Assembly: GCA_043825095.1 (NCBI GenBank)
Contig: JBDRSE010000199.1
Span: 11,842-75,841, forward strand
Direction of reading: 5' to 3'
DNA from: a bacterium
GTDB lineage: Bacteria; Myxococcota_A; Polyangia; HGW-17; JAJRWW01
DNA length: 64,000 bases
Under the pieces are notes generated by a model. That model was not told the origin of the DNA, made no database searches, and saw only the letters and a program-made list of their open reading frames with translations. The position numbers and the translations under genes are program-made. Below, piece after piece: positions 16,825 to 24,557 of this stretch. How positions within the stretch are numbered: the first letter of the stretch is position 1; each line of letters opens with the position of its first letter.

Positions 16825-19235
16825 AGCCGAGCGGCCCACAGAGCCCTCGGCCTCCCCGGCCCACCGGGTCCATGCACCCCGCGGCCAAGAGCTCCGCCGG
16901 GTTACAGAAGACCGGCAGCCTGTACGCGCTCGATGCCACGGTCCCGCGCTATCCACGGCGTTTCCGCTGGCGGGTGATTCGATACATCCTGTCCATCTCG
17001 TTGCTCGCGTCCGCGGTGGCCTTCGGCTACACGTACTTCCGGCAATCGGAGTTCATGCGGCAGGACCGCCACGCACGGGGACGGACCCTGAGCCAGACGA
17101 TGGCCGAGGGCGCGAGTCTGGGCGCCATGAGCAACCAGCCGGCCCTGCTCGCCGGCGCAATCGACCGGTTGTTCCGGTCCTCGGACGTGGAGCTCGTGGA
17201 GGTGTACCGGGTGGATGGCTCTCGGCTCACGCGGCGGACGCGGCAGGGGGTTGGAGACTCCAAGGCGCCCGCTAAGTCCACGGTAAGGCAGCTTCTGGCC
17301 GCCCGTCTGCCCCTGAGCATCGCCGTGGACGGCCCGGATCGAGACGACTACTATTCGCCGATTCTGGTGTCCAAGGGGGATGCGGTCCTTGCGGCCTACG
17401 GAGCCGAGAAGCCGCCCCCCGTCGAGTACCAGGTCGTGGGGTACGTGCGGGTCGCTGTGAGCCACGCCCACGCCGTCAAGCGCCGGGATCAGCTGCTCAT
17501 GTGGAGCATCTACCTGGCGGGTGGACTGCTCCTGTTGGGCCTGGTGCTCGCGATCCTGGTGGGTTGGCGCCTCTCGGCGCCGATCCTCAAGCTCGCTGCC
17601 GGGGCGGATGCCATCCGCCATGGCAGCCTCGACGTGCAGGTGGATATCCGGAGCCACGACGAGCTCGGCCAGCTCGCAGACTCGTTCAACCGAATGGTCT
17701 GGAAGCTCAAGGACACGGTGGAAAAGCTCGCCGACCTGAACCGGAACCTGGAGTTCGAGGTCAAGGATCGAACGCGCGACATCCAGGGCATGGCCGATTT
17801 CATCCGGATCCTGAACGCCCGTCGCGACCTGCAAGCCCTGGTCAACGATGCGATCAAGGCGCTGATGGAGGCGACCAGCTGCCGCGTGGGCGCGATCTTC
17901 CTGTACAACGAGCAGGCGGCGACCCTGTCGCTGCAGTCATGCGAAGGCGTGGGCTCGGAGTCCTTCGGCGCGGCCATCGTGAAGCTCGGTGAGGGGCCCG
18001 TGGGCACGGCGGCGCAGCAGTCCGAGCCGGTGGTGCTCACGGACGAGCAGGGCACGGCGCGACTGTCTTCGGCGGTGGGGACCAGGCTCGAGGCGGTCAT
18101 CTACCAGCGGATCCGCTTCGCCGAAGCCCTCGCCGGCGTACTGGTCCTGGGTTCTGAGAAGGGGGTCACGGAGCGGCAGCGCGAGATGGTGGACCAGGCG
18201 TTGAATCCGCTCGCCATCGCCGTGGCCAACGCCAAGGCCTTCGGCGCGGCCGAGCGGCTGGCACGGGAGCTGGAAACACGCAACATCGAGCTGACCAAAC
18301 AGACGGAGCTGCTCGCCGAGCAGAAGCGACAGCTCGAGGAGATGAATCGCCTCAAGAGTGAGCTCATGGCCAATATCACGCATGAGCTCCGCACTCCCCT
18401 GAACGCGGTTATCGGCTACGCGGAGCTGATGGTGGCCGGTGCCTACGGCGACGTCAACGAGGAGCAAAGCGAGAATCTCCAGGCCATTGTCGACAGCGCC
18501 CGGGGGCTGCTGAACTTGATCACACAGATCCTCGACATGGCCAAGATGGAGGCGGGGCAGATGGGGCTGGTGCTCTCGGGTGTGGACATTTGCGCCGTTC
18601 TCCGCGAGGCGGCGCAGACGGCGCAGGTGCTTGCCCGCGACAAACCGGTCAAGATCGGCCTTGGCCTGCCCAAGGGCGAGCTCGTCCAACGTACCGACGA
18701 CGGGAAGCTCCGGCAGATCGTCAACAATCTCGTGTCGAACGCGGTCAAGTTCACCGAGGAGGGGCGCGTGGAGCTGCTCGCGGTGAAGCGAGCGGATGGG
18801 AGCCTGCACATTCTGGTTCGGGACACGGGCATCGGCATCGATCCCAAGCAGCAGACCATCATCTTCGACGAGTTTCGGCAGGCGGACGGCTCGACCACGC
18901 GGGATGCCATGGGCACCGGTTTGGGGCTCGCCATTAGCTTGAAATTCGCGCGGCTGTTGGGAGGCGACATCACGCTGGACAGTGCGCTCGGCAAGGGGAG
19001 CACCTTCACGGTGTTGGTCCCGGCGGAGCCCCCTACCGAAACGGCGGTGGAGGCACGAGATGAGGCCCGGCGGCTCGACGACGTGTCCCAGGCCCTCGGC
19101 TTTTCCTCTGGCAAAGGTGCCAGCCAGTTGCCGCCGCGGCGCCCCGGAACCAGCCGTGAGCAGGTCGATGGCAGCGAAGGCATGGGAGAAATTTCTCTTT
19201 CCCTGCTGGACGATGGATTGACCGACGACTCGTGA
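16821..19235 (+). CDS. Sensor histidine kinase: 2 TM + periplasmic domain, HAMP, GAF, HisKA, HATPase_c
   Basis: HAMP: LSAPILKLAAGADAIRHGSLDVQVDIRSHDELGQLADSFNRMV. H-box: ANITHELRTPLNAVIGYAELM. N-box: QIVNNLVSNAVKFT. G-boxes: DTGIGI and GTGLGLAISLKFARLLGG. There is no receiver domain and no response-regulator gene in the window. Confidence 0.9.
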   Translation: MKPSGPQSPRPPRPTGSMHPAAKSSAGLQKTGSLYALDATVPRYPRRFRWRVIRYILSISLLASAVAFGYTYFRQSEFMRQDRHARGRTLSQTMAEGASLGAMSNQPALLAGAIDRLFRSSDVELVEVYRVDGSRLTRRTRQGVGDSKAPAKSTVRQLLAARLPLSIAVDGPDRDDYYSPILVSKGDAVLAAYGAEKPPPVEYQVVGYVRVAVSHAHAVKRRDQLLMWSIYLAGGLLLLGLVLAILVGWRLSAPILKLAAGADAIRHGSLDVQVDIRSHDELGQLADSFNRMVWKLKDTVEKLADLNRNLEFEVKDRTRDIQGMADFIRILNARRDLQALVNDAIKALMEATSCRVGAIFLYNEQAATLSLQSCEGVGSESFGAAIVKLGEGPVGTAAQQSEPVVLTDEQGTARLSSAVGTRLEAVIYQRIRFAEALAGVLVLGSEKGVTERQREMVDQALNPLAIAVANAKAFGAAERLARELETRNIELTKQTELLAEQKRQLEEMNRLKSELMANITHELRTPLNAVIGYAELMVAGAYGDVNEEQSENLQAIVDSARGLLNLITQILDMAKMEAGQMGLVLSGVDICAVLREAAQTAQVLARDKPVKIGLGLPKGELVQRTDDGKLRQIVNNLVSNAVKFTEEGRVELLAVKRADGSLHILVRDTGIGIDPKQQTIIFDEFRQADGSTTRDAMGTGLGLAISLKFARLLGGDITLDSALGKGSTFTVLVPAEPPTETAVEARDEARRLDDVSQALGFSSGKGASQLPPRRPGTSREQVDGSEGMGEISLSLLDDGLTDDS

Positions 19236-19398
19236 GGTTTTCCACCAGAGAGTGGGTACAAGCCCTGGCTTCGGCGGGTAAGGTAGTGGTAATGCTAGGT
19301 ATTTTGCGGTGACACGGATACGACTTGTTGCCGCCGCGATAGTGCTATAGAGTCTGCTCTGTAAATAATGATCGCTTGGCTGCAGGTACCTCGGAGCG

Positions 19399-21039
19399 AT
19401 GGCCAAATTAATTCTCGTTTCCAGTGATCCGCCTCAGGAATTCGAGCTGGGATCGATCAACACGATCGGTCGCCATCCGAACAATAGTATTCAAGTTTTG
19501 GACCGGATCATCTCGAAGGAGCACGCCCAGGTGTTTCGCGCACCTGACGGCAACTTCGTGCTGCGAGATCTCGGGAGCCTGAACGGCACCTACATGGGCG
19601 GCGTCAGGATCATGGAGCGGGTTCTCCAGGAGGGCGACGAGGTTACGCTCGGTTCTACCCGCCTCGTGTACACCGCAGCGGACGAGCAGCGAAAGAGCGA
19701 GGAGCGGGTCACGATCTCGCCGGAGATGCTGGAGAGCCACATCCGGCAGAAGATCGACGTCCTATCCAGCCGGGAGTTTCTCCCGGAGAAGGACATTTAC
19801 GATGTCGGTGTACTCCGTCGAGACTATGAGAAGCTGCGAGTCGCCCACGAAGTCGGCACGGCCCTCAGTCTCGAAGTGAACATCGACAGCCTGCTCGACA
19901 AGCTCATGGTCAAGACCTTCGAGCTCATGCCAGCGGACCGGGGCGTCATCATGATGATGAACCCGGAATCCAACGAGCTCGAGAGCCAGGTGGTCAAGCG
20001 CCGCGATCAGACGAAGACCCAGGCAGAGGAGATCGTTCTCTCCCGGACCATCGTCAATCAGGTGGTGCAGACCAAGACCGCGGTGCTGTCCTCCGATGCG
20101 GCCATCGACAGCCGCTTCTCCGGCGCCCACTCGATCATCATGCAGGGCATCCGCTCCACCATGAGCGTGCCGCTGCTCTTTGGCGACGATCTGCTCGGAC
20201 TGATGTACCTGGACTCGCAGATCGCGACCAACGCGTTCACCGAGAAGGACCTCCAGATCTTCACGGGCATCGCCAATCAGGCCGCCTCAGCCATCCAGAA
20301 CGCGCGGCTGGCCAACGACATCGAGAACGAAGCCGCCATGCGGGCGCGCTTCGAGCGGCTGCTGTCGCCGAACCTGGTGGACCAGGTGATTGCCGGGTCG
20401 CTGCGCATGGAGAAGGGTGGCGAGAATCGTCACGTGACCGTGATGTTCTCGGACATCCGTGGTTTCACCTCCATGAGCGAGAAGATGGACGCCCAGGCCG
20501 TCATTTCCATGCTCAATGAGTATTTCGAGGAGATGGTGGACGTCCTGTTCCGACACCAGGGCACGCTGGACAAGTACGTGGGGGACGAGATCATGGCGCT
20601 GTTCGGCGCCCCGGTGTCCACCCCCGACGACCCGGTGAACGCCGTGGCCTGCGCTGTGGAGATGCAGAAGCGGCTCCGCGAGTTCAATCGCCTCCGGCAG
20701 ATGCGACAGGAGCAGCCGATCCAGATCGGCATCGGCATCAACAGCGGCGACGCGGTCTTCGGCGCCCTGGGCAGCACCAAGACGATGCAGTACACGGTGG
20801 TGGGCGACACGGTGAACGTCGCCTCGCGGCTGTGCTCCCTGGCCCAGGCCGGCGAGATCATCGTCTCGGATGACACCCACAAGCTGATCGGTGACAAGTT
20901 CGAAACCGTGGAGCTGCCGCCGGCGCGGGTCAAGGGCAAGGCGTCCGAGATCCAGGTCTTCAACGTGATCGGCTTCCGCAGCGAGACCCCAGAGCTCACC
21001 AAGCCCGTGCAGGCGGGCACGCCACCCACCGGGGCGTAG
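19399..21039 (+). CDS. FHA - GAF - class III adenylate/guanylate cyclase
   Basis: FHA: TIGRHPNNSIQVLDRIISKEHAQV...LRDLGSLNGTYMGG. Central GAF-like region. Cyclase: VTVMFSDIRGFTSMSE, LDKYVGDEIMALFGAP, GINSGDAVFGALGS, YTVVGDTVNVASRL. Confidence 0.9.
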   Translation: MAKLILVSSDPPQEFELGSINTIGRHPNNSIQVLDRIISKEHAQVFRAPDGNFVLRDLGSLNGTYMGGVRIMERVLQEGDEVTLGSTRLVYTAADEQRKSEERVTISPEMLESHIRQKIDVLSSREFLPEKDIYDVGVLRRDYEKLRVAHEVGTALSLEVNIDSLLDKLMVKTFELMPADRGVIMMMNPESNELESQVVKRRDQTKTQAEEIVLSRTIVNQVVQTKTAVLSSDAAIDSRFSGAHSIIMQGIRSTMSVPLLFGDDLLGLMYLDSQIATNAFTEKDLQIFTGIANQAASAIQNARLANDIENEAAMRARFERLLSPNLVDQVIAGSLRMEKGGENRHVTVMFSDIRGFTSMSEKMDAQAVISMLNEYFEEMVDVLFRHQGTLDKYVGDEIMALFGAPVSTPDDPVNAVACAVEMQKRLREFNRLRQMRQEQPIQIGIGINSGDAVFGALGSTKTMQYTVVGDTVNVASRLCSLAQAGEIIVSDDTHKLIGDKFETVELPPARVKGKASEIQVFNVIGFRSETPELTKPVQAGTPPTGA

Positions 21040-21060
21040 CCCGGCCGCTCCCGCGCGACC

Positions 21061-21951
21061 ATGCAATACGATCTTCCGCTGTGGCGCCCGCCTTCTGAGG
21101 CGCGATCGCTGATTCTCCAGGTGACCCTCGGCTGCTCGCACAACGAGTGCACATTCTGTCACATGTACGTGGGAAAGAAGTTCCGCGCGCGTCCCTGGAA
21201 CGAGGTGGAGCGGGACATCGCCTCCGCGGCCCGGCAGTTCCCGACCTCTCGGCGCGTTTTCCTGGCCGACGGTGACCCTCTGGCAGTGGGGGCACCCCGG
21301 CTGCAGCAGGTCGCCGAGACACTCTGGAGGTCCTTTCCCAAGCTGCAGCGTATCTCCACCTATGCCACCCCCCAGAACCTCCTCCGCAAGTCCCCCGCCC
21401 AGCTCGAGCGAATTCGCCAGTCCGGCCTGGAGCTGCTGTATTTCGGCGTGGAGTCCGGAGATCCGCAGGTGCTCGAAACCGTACACAAGGGCGCGACCCG
21501 GGAGCAGATCATCGAGGCGGCAGACAGAGCCCACGCGGCGGGATTCAAGCTCTCGTGCACGGTGCTGCTCGGGCTCGCCGGCCGGGAGGGCAGTCTCAGG
21601 CACGCCCGGGAAACCGCGAGCCTGCTTTCCCGCATCGATCCCGCCTACGCCTCGGCCCTCTCCATCATGATCCCCGAGGCCGACGAGTACCGGGACTACC
21701 CGCTCCGTCCGGTGGGCACCGAGACCCCCTGGCGTGAGCTGGGCCCCATGGAGCTCGTCCGGGAGCTGCGGGAGCTGGTGGCCGGCCTGAACTGTCGTCG
21801 CACCACGTTCCGCTCGAACCACGCGTCCAACTATCTGCCCATCGGCGGCGACCTCCCCGAGGACAAGCCGGCCCTCCTCCGGCTCATCGACAAGGTCCTG
21901 GAATCCGCCGACGAGGAGCTGCTCCGCCCGGAGTGGATGCGCGGCCTGTAG
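21061..21951 (+). CDS. Radical SAM enzyme with non-canonical CX4CX2C cluster motif
   Basis: GCSHNECTFCHMY at about 21130-21168 (C-SHNE-C-TF-C), followed by FLADGDPL and YFGVESGDPQVL (GGE-like SAM-binding region). It starts 21 nt after the cyclase stop. Confidence 0.8.
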   Translation: MQYDLPLWRPPSEARSLILQVTLGCSHNECTFCHMYVGKKFRARPWNEVERDIASAARQFPTSRRVFLADGDPLAVGAPRLQQVAETLWRSFPKLQRISTYATPQNLLRKSPAQLERIRQSGLELLYFGVESGDPQVLETVHKGATREQIIEAADRAHAAGFKLSCTVLLGLAGREGSLRHARETASLLSRIDPAYASALSIMIPEADEYRDYPLRPVGTETPWRELGPMELVRELRELVAGLNCRRTTFRSNHASNYLPIGGDLPEDKPALLRLIDKVLESADEELLRPEWMRGL

Positions 21952-22013
21952 CACTCCACCTCGAGACAGACCATTTCGTGGTACAGTTCGTTTGCACACA
22001 CGAGGGGCGAGAC

Positions 22014-22502
22014 ATGAAGCGCATCACACCCGCGAAGCAGCAGCCGGAACCTGACTATCCCACCGCCGAGGAGGCGGGCGTGAACCGCCGCGGCTTTCTC
22101 CAGGTGCTCGTCGCCTCTGGCGCAGCGGCCGCCGGAGCGGTGGTGCTGGGCAGTGACCCGGCGCACGCCCGCGGGATCGTGGCGCGGCCACGCTACCGGA
22201 TCGCCATCGATCTCAAGCCTCCGGTGACATATACCGGCTGCAAGTCAGCCATCGTGCAGGTCGTCGCCCGCACCTACATCGACGAAATGGACGCCTTCCT
22301 GCGCAACGCCAAGGAGCGCAAGGGCGTCCTGGCCGTCATTCGCGCAGAGCTTCGCAAGTACAAGTGCTCTGACGTGGTCAGCCGGGGCCTCTATCGTGTC
22401 CAGTCCAACGTGAGCGGCGTCCTGCGCAAGCACTATGAGCGCCGCACCGGAAAGAGCTCCGGCACCGTGTGGATCAAGCTGGTGTTCAAGTCGTCGTCGT
22501 AG
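22014..22502 (+). CDS. Small Tat-signal secreted protein, unknown function
   Basis: Start reset to ATG 22014, preceded by GAGGGGCGAG. Sequence: MKRITPAKQQ...VNRRGFLQVLVASGAAAAGAVVLGSDPAHARG, a twin-arginine signal with an AxA-like cleavage site. The mature part is about 110 aa with two Cys. Confidence 0.6.
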   Translation: MKRITPAKQQPEPDYPTAEEAGVNRRGFLQVLVASGAAAAGAVVLGSDPAHARGIVARPRYRIAIDLKPPVTYTGCKSAIVQVVARTYIDEMDAFLRNAKERKGVLAVIRAELRKYKCSDVVSRGLYRVQSNVSGVLRKHYERRTGKSSGTVWIKLVFKSSS

Positions 22503-22527
22503 CGACGGTTCGCCGCACCCAGAAGGC

Positions 22528-23220
22528 CTATGGCTTGACCGGTCCCGTCGCCTTGTTGGGGTTGCGCATGCCGTAGGTGGCGGGCGTCATGCTGAGGTTG
22601 CGCGCCGGGACGGATCGCTCTTTCATGCTCTCACGCATGGACTTGGGCTTGCGGCGCGGGCGGCTGCCTGTGATCGGCCCCGGCTCCGGCGTCTTGGGCC
22701 GGGTCCGGTCCGGTCGGATCCCTTTGGTAGGAGCGTGCGTCTCCGGGGGCTCCCGGGGCATGGCCCGGGCGGCAGCATCGGGTTGAGTCGCCGGGGGATC
22801 CATGGGGGAGTCGCCGGCTTGCCCCACTGGACGCGACTGCTTCTTGGAACCACAGCCGACACCGGCTGCCGCAGCACCGCCGACCAGCACAGCGATCGCC
22901 ACGGCGGCCTGCTCGAAGAAGGCCCTCCGGTCGGGCTCCGGAAGTTGCCCCCGAACCTCGTCGATCATGAGCGTCAGCTGCCGACCATCGATCGCACCGA
23001 GGATGGCGGTTTCGGTGGCGGTCAACTCCAGGCCCGCCGCGGCTGCGGCGGCGGAGGAGTCCTTCAGCAGGGCCTCGGCAAAGTCCGGCGTCGCAGCCGC
23101 CATGCCGAGCAGCTCCTCCAGGCCCACGGGAATCGGCACCGCCTCACGCGCGTTCCCCGGCGGCTGCCCACCCACGATGGTCGTCCTGGCCGGCTGCACC
23201 CGGTCCTTGGTCTGGCTCAT
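22528..23220 (-). CDS. Bitopic membrane protein: helical N-domain, Tat/lipobox-like TM segment, Pro/Arg/Lys-rich tail
   Basis: 230-aa ORF with coding-type GC3 along its whole length. The internal segment PDRRAFFEQAAVAIAVLVGGAAAAGVGCGS falls at residues 97-125. The C-terminal 100 aa are low-complexity and basic. Confidence 0.55.
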   Translation of the reverse strand: MSQTKDRVQPARTTIVGGQPPGNAREAVPIPVGLEELLGMAAATPDFAEALLKDSSAAAAAAGLELTATETAILGAIDGRQLTLMIDEVRGQLPEPDRRAFFEQAAVAIAVLVGGAAAAGVGCGSKKQSRPVGQAGDSPMDPPATQPDAAARAMPREPPETHAPTKGIRPDRTRPKTPEPGPITGSRPRRKPKSMRESMKERSVPARNLSMTPATYGMRNPNKATGPVKP

Positions 23221-23367
23221 GGAAGCCTCCCGCTTCGATCGCGAACTTGATAGTAGCCGAAAAACGGTCCCGGCGCTCGCGCGTATCCCTCCTGCGGTTG
23301 GGTGTCGACGGGGACCCAGCGCTGGTAGCTGACGCCGACCGCTGCCCCCGCGCAGCAGGACAAGAGT

Positions 23368-24492
23368 CTACTTTTTTGCTTTCTTTGTCTTGCCGGTCTT
23401 CTTGCCGGTCTTCTTGCCGAACCAGCCGCCCTTGGAGTTGACTTCGACGCCCTCGAGCTCGGCGAGCTCCTCGAGCAGCTCGCGCTGACGATTGCTCCAC
23501 CTGGTGGGCACCTGGACCACGAAGCGGAGGACCTGGTCTCCGTTGCCGTAGCCGTTCAGGCGGGGGATGCCCTCACCCTTGAGCACCTCGATCTGGCCGG
23601 GCTGGGTGCCGGCCTTGACTTCGAAGTCGGCCTCGCCGCCGATGATGGGAATCGTGATCTTTGCACCCAGGGCCGCCTGAGTGAAGGTGATAGGGACTTC
23701 GGAGTAGATGTCGGCCCCCTCCCGGGCGAACCGCTCGTCCTGCTCCACCGACAGGGCCACGTACAGATCGCCGGACATGCTGCCGGGGGGGCCCGCCTGG
23801 CCCTTTCCCCCGATGCGAAGGGATTGCCCGTCGTCCACGCCGGCGGGCACGGTCACCTTGAGCTGTTCCTCTCGCTCCTGCCGACCGTCGCCCCTACACT
23901 CGGGACAGTACTCCTTGATGGTCGAGCCTTTTCCTCGACAGGAGGGGCAGCTCTGGCGGGCCGCGAAGATGCCCTGCCGGAACATCACCGCCCCTTGGCC
24001 GTTGCAGGTCATGCACGTCACCGGACTCGTGCCCGGCTTGGCGCCGGTGCCGATGCAGTGTTCGCAGGGCACGTGGCGGGTGAGCGTGACTTTCTTGGAC
24101 ACGCCGCGTACGGCCTCCATGAACGTCAGGTTCAGCTCCACCACGATGTCGTTGCCGCGGCGGGAGCTTCGTCGGGAGCGGCCGAAGAAATCCCCGAAAT
24201 CCGTAAAAAGCGAGCTGAAGTGGGAGAAGATGTCGTCCACGTCTCCGAAGCCTGAGAAGCCGGCCCGGTGGGGACCGTCGTGGCCGTATTGATCGTAGAG
24301 CTGGCGCTTCTCGCTGTCGCTGAGCACCTCGTAGGCCTCTGCGGCTTCTTTGAACTTGTCTTCCGATTCCGGGTTGTCGGGGTTCCGATCCGGATGGAAT
24401 TGTACCGCCTTCTTCCGGTAGGCGCGCTTGATGTCTGCAGCGCTGGCGTCCCGGGCGACGCCCAAAATATCGTAATAATCAGCCTTGGCCAT
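23368..24492 (-). CDS. dnaJ: Type I DnaJ/Hsp40 co-chaperone (stand-alone paralogue) with Lys-rich C-terminal tail
   Basis: [38 protein letters not shown] (J domain with HPD), a G/F-rich linker, and four CxxCxGxG zinc-finger repeats ([32 protein letters not shown]). The tail is [20 protein letters not shown]. The track ORF's extension upstream of 24492 is out-of-frame overlap with the WD40 gene and is rejected. Confidence 0.93.
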   Translation of the reverse strand: MAKADYYDILGVARDASAADIKRAYRKKAVQFHPDRNPDNPESEDKFKEAAEAYEVLSDSEKRQLYDQYGHDGPHRAGFSGFGDVDDIFSHFSSLFTDFGDFFGRSRRSSRRGNDIVVELNLTFMEAVRGVSKKVTLTRHVPCEHCIGTGAKPGTSPVTCMTCNGQGAVMFRQGIFAARQSCPSCRGKGSTIKEYCPECRGDGRQEREEQLKVTVPAGVDDGQSLRIGGKGQAGPPGSMSGDLYVALSVEQDERFAREGADIYSEVPITFTQAALGAKITIPIIGGEADFEVKAGTQPGQIEVLKGEGIPRLNGYGNGDQVLRFVVQVPTRWSNRQRELLEELAELEGVEVNSKGGWFGKKTGKKTGKTKKAKK

Positions 24493-24557
24493 GGCTTGGA
24501 CAAGGTAAGTACGCCGGTCCTCCGTGTCAATCCAGTCCTGGAGGCGACCGCGGAGGG

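Noticed and set aside
20287-21999. 570-aa minus-strand ORF opposite the cyclase and radical SAM genes
   Set aside because: It is antisense to two genes with unambiguous catalytic motifs, and it has no motifs of its own.
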